Of a DNA stretch of 64,000 bases, positions 20,598-29,950 are shown one piece after another (the first letter of the stretch is position 1; every line of letters starts with the position of its first letter). A program made the position numbers and the translations under genes. This DNA comes from an uncultured Pseudomonadales bacterium (GTDB lineage: Bacteria > Patescibacteriota > Microgenomatia > UBA1400 > PJMF01). The stretch spans positions 30,569-94,568 of the forward strand of contig CAZOWX010000001.1 in assembly GCA_964583795.1 (NCBI GenBank), written 5' to 3'. The notes under the pieces were generated by a model. That model made no database searches, was not told the DNA's origin, and saw only the letters and a program-made list of their open reading frames with translations.

Positions 20598-21856
20598 GTG
20601 ACAGACCTCTTTGAAATAATAAATCTTCGTATGACTTCGCCCACGTACACCAAGGCAAGCAACGAGTTGACAACAATGTTTATGACTAAAACATCACGAA
20701 GTGAGTGATGAACAGCAAAAATGGTAATGACCTGAACAATGACAGCGAGAATACCCAAAATAGCAAATCGGCTTTTTTGTGCCACAAAGTATTGAGAGTA
20801 CAGATACATCAGCGAGTACATCGTCCCAAATAAGGCTGCTAACCAAACCAAATCTTGCACTTGTAAAAAACGTGACTTTGCAAATACCACTTGAATGACA
20901 AAGCTAGGAAACAATGAATAAAAAAACGTCATACCAAAACCAACAACGATAATCCCAACGGTCAGTAACAACAATATTGGTAAGGATTGGTGCTTGGTAT
21001 CACTCCCTGTAAAAAAAGTATAACCAACCGTTGATAAGGGAGAAACAGCAAAAAAAATAATCTTTCCTAGCAGTGATAATGATGCATACAACCCTACCAA
21101 ATCTCCGTCAAAAAATTTCTTGACCAAAATCACATCAACATTTGAGAGTCCCACTATGCCTAAGGTCGTAAAAAGCGGAATTAAAATTGATTTTCGCCGT
21201 AAGTACTTTCTTAATTGAGCAAATTGGAGATTTTTTACTTGGTATGATGTTTTCTTCCGAATCATTTTTCTACCAATAAAATAGCTCAACACATAACTGA
21301 GAATAAACCCAACAAATAACCAGAACAGCTCAGGACGAATGACAACGACCAACACAAACAACGCCAACTTAATAAATGCACTCACAATTGAAAATATTCC
21401 GACTGACCAAAAAGTCTTGTATGACTGCAACACTGAAGAATAAAAGCTGGTGAATATTCCGATAATTGAGCTGGCAATCACAAATGCCACCGCCATAATA
21501 CTCATATTCCCTTTGAAGTACATTAACACAGCGACAACTGAAACTAACAATAGTAATGCCGGTGCAAACGTCCATAACTCTGTTTCAAGCCAGCGCTCAA
21601 TTGACAAAGCGATGCTTGGTCTTCTCTCAGATGACTCTCTGCCAATACGCGCAACGACAATCAAACCAAATGCAGTCAGAGGAACACTGAAAAAAATCAG
21701 ATATGATAACGCGGTAGTGTACTCACCATACTCTGTTAATGTCAGGTAGCGAGCAACAAGCAAGTTATCCACATACGCAATCACACTGACTAACAAATTC
21801 GCTGCTGTAAAGATAAAACTTGAACGCAAAAATGAATTATTCAACAAGCGTTTCAT
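20594..21856 (-). CDS. Wzx-type oligosaccharide flippase
   Basis: Polytopic; ARYL...EYG, NVDVILVK.FF....GLYA.LS.LGKI. Start is 21856 or 21859. Confidence 0.85.
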   Translation of the reverse strand: MKRLLNNSFLRSSFIFTAANLLVSVIAYVDNLLVARYLTLTEYGEYTTALSYLIFFSVPLTAFGLIVVARIGRESSERRPSIALSIERWLETELWTFAPALLLLVSVVAVLMYFKGNMSIMAVAFVIASSIIGIFTSFYSSVLQSYKTFWSVGIFSIVSAFIKLALFVLVVVIRPELFWLFVGFILSYVLSYFIGRKMIRKKTSYQVKNLQFAQLRKYLRRKSILIPLFTTLGIVGLSNVDVILVKKFFDGDLVGLYASLSLLGKIIFFAVSPLSTVGYTFFTGSDTKHQSLPILLLLTVGIIVVGFGMTFFYSLFPSFVIQVVFAKSRFLQVQDLVWLAALFGTMYSLMYLYSQYFVAQKSRFAILGILAVIVQVITIFAVHHSLRDVLVINIVVNSLLALVYVGEVIRRFIISKRSVT

Positions 21857-21883
21857 CATAGCAAAGTAGTCCAAAGGCAACGA

Positions 21884-23470
21884 TCAAGCCGCCGAGGCTG
21901 GTTTTACTTGTTTCGGGGAAAAGTCTTTGAGGTGACCTAAGAAACGCCACCCAGCCATAGCCAAAAACTTCACATCATCAAACGATCGGATGCTAGTAAT
22001 TTTTCTGAGCATAAACCGTGGTGTTAAAAATGACGAGTATAGTTTTTGGGTAAGCCGTAAGACGTCTTCTTGCGTCAGTGACGTTTTCATCACCGGCTTT
22101 CGCATGTCATAGTCCTCATAATCCTCACTCAATAACCACCCGTTCTCTTTGCATTCCTTCCAAAGTGGGGTACCTGGATAAGGGATAGTGATAGTCGCTT
22201 GAAGTGTATCAACATAGCCTTCGTCAAAGCACTCTTTAGCGAGATTAATCGTTCGCTCTGCGTCCTCATATGTTTCCCAGGGATATCCCAGCATTATCGT
22301 TAAATGCGGCTCTAATCCAGCTTTCTTGGCCATTTTCACACCTTCTTTAATTTTGGGAACTTGCATACCTTTCTCGAGCCGATCGAGCGTTTTTTGATTA
22401 CCTGACTCCATGCCATAGAGAATGAATCGAAAATTCGCTTTTCCCATTAGGTCATAATCATCTTGCTTTATGGCATTAAGCCGCATATTACAGCCATAGA
22501 TCACTTTTTTGTTGTATCCCGAGTCAATCATCATCTGGCAAAAATCACGAAGCGGCTTGCCAATCATGAATGTACCCGCATCATCAAAAATTTCTTTGAC
22601 GTGATAGTTATCAACTAAGTGCTTGACTTCAGCGAATAGTCGCTCAGGACTAAATCGACGATAACTCCCCAAGGGGTTGATTGTATGATCCCAAACACAA
22701 AAGGTACAACGATTCCACCAACAATCGCGCCCACTGTACATGTAGGTACCAGGATAATACTTATAATTTCCGTTGTAGTACGCGTAGTTTTCCCAATGTG
22801 TCAGGTCGCGATCGACGAATGGTAAATCATTCAAGTTGTGCTTTAAACTTGCAGGACCAGAGTTGTAATATATTTTGCCATTTACCCCTTTAACCTTATG
22901 AAATTTCTTACATGAAATGGACTTATCTGACGAACGCCACCACACTCCCGTTTCAAGCTCTGTTCCCTTGCTCAAGTGGTCAAGTAAGTTCACAATCACA
23001 AAATCATAATCACCACCGGTAATCAAGTAATCTACACTGCAATTGTCCATCGTCTCCTGAGGCATGAAGGTCACGTGATCACCAACTAAGACTACTTTAA
23101 GTTTTGGCATCGCTTTTTTTATTTTGTCGACAACTTTCCAATGTTTTTTAATCACTGGTGATTTTGACTCAATCATCAGTACATCTGGATTGAATTCCTT
23201 AAGTTCTGTGAGCCATTGATCATACGTTTGCTCAGCAGCAATACCGTCCATCCACTTAGTTTCATAACCATGCTCTTGTGCATTCGACGCTGCATACGCT
23301 GGAACCATCGGGTAAATATAGGTCTTTGCGTTAAAATACTGAAATTGTCGGTTTTGAGAAAGAAGCGGAACCCCTTTACTTGACGGAATTGGAGGATAAC
23401 CAAAAACAAACTTCAACTTTTTTATTGATTTTTGTTTCATCACTTTTTTTGTGGTTTTTTTCGCTGGCAT
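21884..23470 (-). CDS. Cobalamin-binding radical SAM enzyme (class B methyltransferase-like)
   Basis: N-terminal B12-binding-like domain (VGDHVT..P.E), GRDCWWNRCTFC cluster motif, YGMESG, GYPWET, PYPGTPL. Confidence 0.85.
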   Translation of the reverse strand: MPAKKTTKKVMKQKSIKKLKFVFGYPPIPSSKGVPLLSQNRQFQYFNAKTYIYPMVPAYAASNAQEHGYETKWMDGIAAEQTYDQWLTELKEFNPDVLMIESKSPVIKKHWKVVDKIKKAMPKLKVVLVGDHVTFMPQETMDNCSVDYLITGGDYDFVIVNLLDHLSKGTELETGVWWRSSDKSISCKKFHKVKGVNGKIYYNSGPASLKHNLNDLPFVDRDLTHWENYAYYNGNYKYYPGTYMYSGRDCWWNRCTFCVWDHTINPLGSYRRFSPERLFAEVKHLVDNYHVKEIFDDAGTFMIGKPLRDFCQMMIDSGYNKKVIYGCNMRLNAIKQDDYDLMGKANFRFILYGMESGNQKTLDRLEKGMQVPKIKEGVKMAKKAGLEPHLTIMLGYPWETYEDAERTINLAKECFDEGYVDTLQATITIPYPGTPLWKECKENGWLLSEDYEDYDMRKPVMKTSLTQEDVLRLTQKLYSSFLTPRFMLRKITSIRSFDDVKFLAMAGWRFLGHLKDFSPKQVKPASAA

Positions 23471-23478
23471 ATGAGTCC

Positions 23479-24456
23479 TTATTGAGCTAAATGATTAGTA
23501 AACAAATACCCTTGAACAAATCGTAATCCGTACCAAAGATGTGTTACAAAAACCGATGCGATCGAAATAATCGCTTGTAATAAACTCTTCGATGATAAGC
23601 CAATCCATACTGCATTCGCAAGTAGGGCTATAGCATAGAACAACAATGGAAGTACTATCAACAAGCTCAACGACGGAAATAGCGCTAGAGAAGTAAGCAG
23701 TGTGGCGACATTCAACACCATCAATGTTGGTAGAAAATAAATAAGCTTTGCTGATGTTTTTGGTAAGACTCTCGCAAAAAACCCTCGGTGTATCCCAAAA
23801 TTGCCATTTTGTTTTAGATGTGCTCGCCACAATGGCCTGCGATGATGGTACACAATAGCCTTTGGCTCATACAAAATCTTCTTTCCCCTATGAATCAAAT
23901 CTAAACACAGTTTAGTATCTTCTCCTGGATAGTAATGCGAGTCGAAACCGCCAATGGCACTAAATTCTGAAGCTCTTACAAGTAGGTTCATGGAGGGATA
24001 ATCCTCTACGTACTGCTGCTTTCCTGGCAGAAATCGATAGGTATATGGTCCAGCACCAATGGGTGAAGCACTAACCCAACCACTAGCTGCTTCAGTCCAA
24101 TCAACTTTAGGGGGAGTAATGCCTGGACCCCCAACTGCTGCAATTTGCATATTGGTAAAGTGTGCTACAGCGCTTGTGAGCCAATCAGAACTTGGGTACG
24201 CATCATCATCGATAAAGGCAAATATCTGGCCGTGCGCATACTTGATAGCCAAATCTCTTTTTTGTGCCGGTCCAATTGGCCCTGTTTGAATATATTGAAC
24301 CCGATTCATTTTGGGCATACCGTTTTTTTGGTCGCAAAAAACAAACACTTCAGTTGTTGGATAGGTCAATTTTCCTATTTGCGAAAGGCACTCTTTGAGA
24401 TAGGAATTAACTGATCGCACTGGAATGATGATAGAAACGAGAGGTGTCTGGTGCAT
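23479..24456 (-). CDS. GT2 glycosyltransferase with C-terminal TM helices
   Basis: SIIIP, AFIDDD, GGFD...GEDTKL, YHHRR. Confidence 0.88.
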   Translation of the reverse strand: MHQTPLVSIIIPVRSVNSYLKECLSQIGKLTYPTTEVFVFCDQKNGMPKMNRVQYIQTGPIGPAQKRDLAIKYAHGQIFAFIDDDAYPSSDWLTSAVAHFTNMQIAAVGGPGITPPKVDWTEAASGWVSASPIGAGPYTYRFLPGKQQYVEDYPSMNLLVRASEFSAIGGFDSHYYPGEDTKLCLDLIHRGKKILYEPKAIVYHHRRPLWRAHLKQNGNFGIHRGFFARVLPKTSAKLIYFLPTLMVLNVATLLTSLALFPSLSLLIVLPLLFYAIALLANAVWIGLSSKSLLQAIISIASVFVTHLWYGLRFVQGYLFTNHLAQ

Positions 24457-24471
24457 AAAAACAGTTCAAAC

Positions 24472-25287
24472 TTAAATCAAGGGAATAATTTTTCTCTTCA
24501 CTTTTTCAGGCGGATGAAACCGGGAGTGCGGTAACTCGTAGTACTTCATTATTTTAAAGCGATAAAAAATCCCTAAAGTGTCGTAAAAAATCTTCCAAAT
24601 ACTTTTCCAGTCTGCAGCAGAACTGATGTTCGAAAAAGTATAATCTAACTTAATAGGAGCTTCGTAAATCCGATGAAATCCCAAAGACTTTGCTACAACC
24701 AACATCTCTAAATCACCAGCAAAACGTTTTTCAACCAAACGAGGCAAGGTTTTTTCCAACACCTTACGTTTAAAAACCTTAATCCCAGCTTGTGTATCTT
24801 TCACTTTGACCCCAAATAGGGTTTTCACAAAGTAGTAATACCCAATACTCAAGATTTTTCGCTGCAATGTATAATTTACCTGAGAAGCAGGGTGACGTTT
24901 TGACCCGACAATGACATCGGCGTTATACCACTTCATGTGTTCTAACAACATGCTAATCCCATCCGCCCCGATTTCCATACCAGAATCTAAAAACATCACG
25001 TGTTCTCCCAAAGCTTGACTCATCCCAAAACGAATGGCATACGATTTCCCTTTATTTTCCGCATACTCATACACACTCGCTTGCGATAATCGCCCATACT
25101 TCCCTCTAATGCTCGCATTACTCAACACACGAAAAGAGTTGTCATACTCTCCATCAACAACCACAATCACCTCATAGGAGTAACGAGTTCTTCCCAAGGT
25201 TTCAACTATTTGCTTCAAATTGTCAACAATAAATTTTTCTTGTTTATAGCAGGGGATAATTAAACTTAAAAATGGGGTTTGCTTCAT
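24472..25287 (-). CDS. Polyprenol-phosphate glycosyltransferase (DPM1/Alg5-like GT2)
   Basis: IIPCY, VVDG, NKGK, VGSKRH, DTQAGIKVF, F..DLEML. Confidence 0.82.
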   Translation of the reverse strand: MKQTPFLSLIIPCYKQEKFIVDNLKQIVETLGRTRYSYEVIVVVDGEYDNSFRVLSNASIRGKYGRLSQASVYEYAENKGKSYAIRFGMSQALGEHVMFLDSGMEIGADGISMLLEHMKWYNADVIVGSKRHPASQVNYTLQRKILSIGYYYFVKTLFGVKVKDTQAGIKVFKRKVLEKTLPRLVEKRFAGDLEMLVVAKSLGFHRIYEAPIKLDYTFSNISSAADWKSIWKIFYDTLGIFYRFKIMKYYELPHSRFHPPEKVKRKIIPLI

Positions 25288-25306
25288 GCTCAACAAATGT
25301 TGGTAA

Positions 25307-25753
25307 TCATTTAATACCAGATAAAATATTTTCTACCCACGCCTCCACCGATTGCATAATCACATCATCTGGAAATCCATCAATTTTTAGTGAGTCTCCC
25401 ACGATTTGTGCTTTTTTTGCAGTCAAGTCGTTATTCATCAATGAAACAACATTACAAAACACAGGATAAAAACTCTCTCCCAATCCATACACAGCACATT
25501 TCACGTTGCTCAGATCAGTTGATGAAGCTTTGAGTTGATCAAAAAAGGCCTGCGAAAAGTCATTGTACTCACCATCCCCCCAAGTTGAGGATCCAATGAA
25601 AACCAGTTCATACTGCGTTAATTGATCTACTTTGAGTTCAGACATATCAACCAAACTAACCTGATGACCTTTTTGTTTCAATAGTTCTTCAATTTTTTGA
25701 GCAACCATCATGGTGTTACCACCAATCGATGCATAGGTAACAAGTGTTTTCAT
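25307..25753 (-). CDS. Short-chain flavodoxin
   Basis: YASIGGNT, GSSTWGDGE, YGLGE..Y..FC, LKIDG. Confidence 0.92.
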   Translation of the reverse strand: MKTLVTYASIGGNTMMVAQKIEELLKQKGHQVSLVDMSELKVDQLTQYELVFIGSSTWGDGEYNDFSQAFFDQLKASSTDLSNVKCAVYGLGESFYPVFCNVVSLMNNDLTAKKAQIVGDSLKIDGFPDDVIMQSVEAWVENILSGIK

Positions 25754-25859
25754 ATCAAGCTATAAGTAATTATTAACTCACGTAATCGTACTTTAACTTA
25801 ACAGTATTTTTCTCAGATGAAAAGGTGCTAAATGCACTCAAATCGCTATCACTCGCGAC

Positions 25860-26846
25860 CTATTTTACTATAGCGCGAAAGTACTCTATAGTTTTTCGCA
25901 ATCCTTCTTCAAAATCAACTTTTGGCTCCCATTGCAACAACTCTTTTGCCTGCTGAATAACTGGTTGTCGGCGAGTGGGATCATCCGCTGGAAGAGGCAG
26001 GTACTCGACCTGAAGGGAATGTCCCACAACTCGCTCAAACATCTTTACTGTTTGCATGATAGTAAACTCTCCAGGATTCCCCAAGTTTACCGTTTTCCCA
26101 TTCCCAAGTGGGTGCAGTAGCAACGCTAAGATTCCGGACACTAAATCATCGACATAACAGTACGACCGTGTTTGTGACCCATCACCAAACACTGTTAGGG
26201 GAGTATCATGAAGTAACGATTGAACAAAACTGGGAATAATTCTTCCATCACTCAGGTCCATACGTGGACCATACGTATTAAAAATACGAACAATTCTCAC
26301 GTCTTGCTGAAAATCTCGCTGAAACACCCCGCAAATTGTTTCTCCCATCCGTTTTGCTTCGTCATAACACGAACGCTTCCCATTTGGGTTGACGTTTCCC
26401 CAATATGATTCACTTTGGGGATGAACCTGCGGATCACCATACACTTCAGATGTTGACGCAAATAAAAAGGGAATGCGTTGCTGTTTTGCTTGAATAAATG
26501 AAAGTAACTGGTGTGTCCCCATTGCGTTCACTAAATACGTTTCAACGGGATGCTCTTGATAACGCGGAGGGCTTGCGGGCGAAGCAAAATGCAAAATGTA
26601 ATCGATGTGTTGATCCTTTGGGATGTATTTGTCTGGATAATCCGAGACATCAGCTTCAGTGAAGATAAAGTGATCAGCAAAACTGCGCGTTAAAATGTCT
26701 ATATTCTGTCGTTGACCGGTAATAAAATTATCAGCACCAACAACTTTCCCTCCTTCTTGCATAACCGCTTCAGCTAAATGAGACCCAACAAATCCAGCAA
26801 CTCCAGTTATTAAAACAGTTTTGTTGTTAAAACGTGAAGAACTCAT
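25860..26846 (-). CDS. UDP-glucuronate decarboxylase (UDP-xylose synthase)-like SDR
   Basis: GVAGFVG, HFASPASP, ASTSEVYGDP, YWGNVNP, CYDEAKR, RIFNTYGPRM, DDP.RR.P. Confidence 0.9.
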   Translation of the reverse strand: MSSSRFNNKTVLITGVAGFVGSHLAEAVMQEGGKVVGADNFITGQRQNIDILTRSFADHFIFTEADVSDYPDKYIPKDQHIDYILHFASPASPPRYQEHPVETYLVNAMGTHQLLSFIQAKQQRIPFLFASTSEVYGDPQVHPQSESYWGNVNPNGKRSCYDEAKRMGETICGVFQRDFQQDVRIVRIFNTYGPRMDLSDGRIIPSFVQSLLHDTPLTVFGDGSQTRSYCYVDDLVSGILALLLHPLGNGKTVNLGNPGEFTIMQTVKMFERVVGHSLQVEYLPLPADDPTRRQPVIQQAKELLQWEPKVDFEEGLRKTIEYFRAIVK

Positions 26847-26858
26847 TGATTGATTGTA

Positions 26859-27692
26859 TCATTGTGTCGGTTGAGTCGCCACCAAAGTTTGTGGCTTTGG
26901 CTTTAACAACGTTTTCCTATTTCGATACGTGTTGAACAAAAGATTCAAAAACAATAAAGGCATTAAATAGGGCTCTGTGAGGTGTAACCGCATAGCAAGT
27001 GGCACGAGAATTCCCAAAAAAGCTCCATAGACTATTTGTTCTTTTTGATTGACGGGTGAGGTCTTTGGTTCAACAACCATTACCAGTACAAAAAAGAGTA
27101 AGGTTCCCTCGAGTAGGATAAATGCAGGAGAACGATGAACTAATAGTACGTGGGAAAGTATAAATAATAGTAAGAATGTTCCAACAATAAACAACTTCCG
27201 ATATTTCCAAGCGACATAGAGTCCCACTGGAACAGTTAAAAACACGACAATACTCATTCCGCCACGTATAATCGGTATCCTTGGAGTGAAGCTTGCTCCC
27301 CACCAGACAGGTGAGAAATGAATCAAACTCACAATTGTTGCAGCAAGCGCTGCTGGATTAAAAATCGGGCCACTCGGTAAGCGAGCTACACGTTGCAAAA
27401 GTTCCACCAACACTCCAACACAAAAGTAAAAGTACCAAGGATAGTCAATGTAAAATAATAATGAAAGAATAAGGCAGGTAATCAACCGGTGTTCAAAACG
27501 GGTTTCTCTGGTGAATTTTCTCCATAACAACACACGATAGACAAAAAAAGCACCCAAACATATGCTCAGAAAATTTCTCACAACACTCAAAGCGTCGAAC
27601 AGAGAACTGGATGCAACGCTGAGTGTTGCCATCACAAACACAATTGTGAGATAGTAGAGTAATGTGCGTATAGGCAGGATGCGAATGGACAT
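26859..27692 (-). CDS. NqrB/RnfD-like integral membrane protein (stand-alone)
   Basis: IFNPAALA and FFVLVMVVEPKTSP match the NQR2/RnfD hallmarks (FNPA, M.TDP.T.P). No soluble domain. Confidence 0.75.
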   Translation of the reverse strand: MSIRILPIRTLLYYLTIVFVMATLSVASSSLFDALSVVRNFLSICLGAFFVYRVLLWRKFTRETRFEHRLITCLILSLLFYIDYPWYFYFCVGVLVELLQRVARLPSGPIFNPAALAATIVSLIHFSPVWWGASFTPRIPIIRGGMSIVVFLTVPVGLYVAWKYRKLFIVGTFLLLFILSHVLLVHRSPAFILLEGTLLFFVLVMVVEPKTSPVNQKEQIVYGAFLGILVPLAMRLHLTEPYLMPLLFLNLLFNTYRNRKTLLKPKPQTLVATQPTQ

Positions 27693-27758
27693 GGTATTAT
27701 TCAAACTTGTCTATTTAATTTGCATATTACAAATATACTAACATAATTTGGAGACAAT

Positions 27759-28205
27759 ATGCCCAAATCAACAGCTCTATTACTGAGCACAACAATTATG
27801 GCTAGTGTACTGTTAGCCGCATGTACACCCTCATCACCAGCAAGTGAAACTTCGCAGACTCAACCATCTGAACCAACTACCGCCCCTACAACTGAGAATA
27901 CCGGTGAGATGACGAAAGGCAAGCAAGTTTCAGTTGATGCTCCTTATGAGTCTCCTGCTGGCGAAGAAAGCATCGGAATTACACTGAGCGTTGACGAAAA
28001 TGGGGTGATAACGGATGCAAAGGCCGAAGTAAAAGCTACTGAAGAAAAATCAATTGTTCGTCAACAGGCATTTGCTGATGGGCTTCCAACAGCAGTAAAG
28101 GGCAAAAAATTATCTGAATTGACTAAAATTGACAAAGTGGGGGGATCTTCACTAACCACACAAGCATTCAATGAAGCACTTGTGAAATTAAAGGCTCAAT
28201 TATAA
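27759..28205 (+). CDS. FMN-binding (ApbE-substrate) lipoprotein
   Basis: Lipobox LLAAC, S/T/P-rich linker, Y.SPAG.E.I...L, DKVGGSSLTTQAFNEAL flavinylation-type motif; adjacent to apbE. Confidence 0.8.
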   Translation: MPKSTALLLSTTIMASVLLAACTPSSPASETSQTQPSEPTTAPTTENTGEMTKGKQVSVDAPYESPAGEESIGITLSVDENGVITDAKAEVKATEEKSIVRQQAFADGLPTAVKGKKLSELTKIDKVGGSSLTTQAFNEALVKLKAQL

Positions 28206-28227
28206 TTGAGTCTGATTAAAAAAGTTT

Positions 28228-28263
28228 CAATACCTGCTTCGGCTCGAAGCAGGTATTGTTTTT
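28228..28263 (+). terminator. Intrinsic terminator-like hairpin between the FMN lipoprotein and apbE
   Basis: 14-bp perfect stem CAATACCTGCTTCG/CGAAGCAGGTATTG followed by TTTTT. Confidence 0.7.
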
Positions 28264-28280
28264 ACAATCAAATAAATTCT

Positions 28281-29147
28281 ATGTTTGATTACACATTTGA
28301 ATCCATGGGAACTCATTGGAGTCTCTCAATTGACCACCAACACGTAACTTCAAGCGTGATTGAGGACATTAAAACCCAAACAAAGCAATTCGAACAACGG
28401 TTTTCTCGTTTCATCAAAAGCAGTGAATCTAATCAATTTCGCAAAAGTAAAGCTGGTGACTATCTAATTTCTACCGAATTTGCCGGACTGCTCAATGCGG
28501 GACAGCAATTATTTGAGTTGACTGGCGGAGCGTTCGATATGAGTATCGCCTCTTTCTTTGAACAAATCGGTTACGACGAAAGTTATAGTTTTCGTTCAAC
28601 AAAAAACACTCAGTGGAATGCTCCAAAATGGTCTCTTCATGGCAAACTTCTTTCCATTTCGGGCCCAATCGTATTTGACGTGGGAGGTTTTGGAAAAGGC
28701 TATTGGATTGATCAGATAAGTCAGATTTTACACAAGCACAATTTCCCACACCATCTGGTTGAGGGTGGAGGGGACATGGTTGCTACAGAAAAAAAAGACA
28801 ATTCTGCTTGGAATGTCGCTATTGAGTATCCTGGACAACCTGATCAAGCAATAGGTACAGTAGAGCTGAAAAATCAAGGCCTTGCAGTGTCGGATATTTT
28901 TAAACGAAAGTGGCAAAACTATCATCACTTGATTAACGCGAAATCGCACAAGCCAATTCACCATATTGTTAGTAACGCCGCAATCGCACCAACAGCGTTT
29001 TTAGCAGACCAGATGACCTCAGCACTTAGTTTTGCGCAACCGTCCCAATACCCTTTTATTGCACAGCAGCTTTCTGCTGAGTATTTTGTGATCAAACCCC
29101 AAAATGAACTGTTACAAAGTGCCAAATGGCCAGGAATATTTTTTTAA
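28281..29147 (+). CDS. apbE: FAD:protein FMN transferase
   Basis: FESMGT, FSRF..SE, TGGAFD, DVGGFGKGY.ID, EGGGD, W.VAI..P, HHLIN, AD...SAL. Confidence 0.93.
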   Translation: MFDYTFESMGTHWSLSIDHQHVTSSVIEDIKTQTKQFEQRFSRFIKSSESNQFRKSKAGDYLISTEFAGLLNAGQQLFELTGGAFDMSIASFFEQIGYDESYSFRSTKNTQWNAPKWSLHGKLLSISGPIVFDVGGFGKGYWIDQISQILHKHNFPHHLVEGGGDMVATEKKDNSAWNVAIEYPGQPDQAIGTVELKNQGLAVSDIFKRKWQNYHHLINAKSHKPIHHIVSNAAIAPTAFLADQMTSALSFAQPSQYPFIAQQLSAEYFVIKPQNELLQSAKWPGIFF

Positions 29148-29240
29148 GAGAACTTTGTGGTCTGTTTTAGACCTCAGCGGTATAACACTGTGTGACCACC
29201 AAAAAGTTATCATAAACGACTTTACGCCTGACCAAAAAAA

Positions 29241-29714
29241 TCAAGAAATCTGTTCGATTACAAACTGCTGCTGACCGTTGGGGGTGTTGACACTAATCGT
29301 GTCTCCCACCGATTTTCCAATGAGCGCTTTGCCAATCGGACTCTGATCAGACAGTTTGTGCGCAGCGGGATCTGACTCATATTTACTGACTAACAAAAAC
29401 GTCATCGATTTTTTCTCATTCTTTAGTGTCACAGTGTTACCAATGTGAATGACGGAACTGGATATGTTCTCACTCAAAACGTCTGCATGCTCAAGAAGGT
29501 ACTGTAACTCCCTAAGTCTTCTGCGACAAACAGACAGTTCTATCTTACCGTACTTATATGCACCATTCTCCGACAAGTCACCTTGCGCTTTTGCAATACT
29601 CACCCGTTCAACCAACGCTTGTTCTTCCAAGAGCAGATGCTCGTACTCAGCTTGCATTTTTTCAAATGCAGCTTTAGTAAAAGGAATTCTTTGGATTGAT
29701 GAATGCAATGACAT
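29241..29714 (-). CDS. greA: Transcription elongation factor GreA/GreB
   Basis: GDLSENGAY, S..SPIGKALIGK.VGD. Start reset to ATG 29714, 6 nt after TATAAT. Confidence 0.92.
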   Translation of the reverse strand: MSLHSSIQRIPFTKAAFEKMQAEYEHLLLEEQALVERVSIAKAQGDLSENGAYKYGKIELSVCRRRLRELQYLLEHADVLSENISSSVIHIGNTVTLKNEKKSMTFLLVSKYESDPAAHKLSDQSPIGKALIGKSVGDTISVNTPNGQQQFVIEQIS

Positions 29715-29950
29715 ACCTGGATTATACAGTACACATACTTTACCGCTCGCAGCACCTTCACAAAGCGAGAAAAACATCGCTCATGCAAAGGTCTGTTGAG
29801 TGCAAAATAAAAGGACAAAAAATCCTGCAATGAACCACCAAGCGAATCTCATGATATAGTATTATATCATAACACAGTGTTTATAGTGTATTGCAGGTTT
29901 CTCTCTCTGAGACCCTTTTTTTAGTAATCTTTCTGTATACTATTAGATGT

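Noticed and set aside
21884-23470. Radical SAM as a viperin-like defence or RiPP maturase
   Set aside because: It has a B12-binding-type N-terminus, no SPASM cysteines, no precursor peptide nearby, and a glycan-locus context.
28206-28280. N-terminal extension of ApbE in the ORF track
   Set aside because: It runs through a terminator-like hairpin; similarity starts at MFDYTFESMGT (28281). The listed extensions at 1738, 8862, 10456, 29777, 49463, 52252 and 55185 were trimmed for similar reasons.
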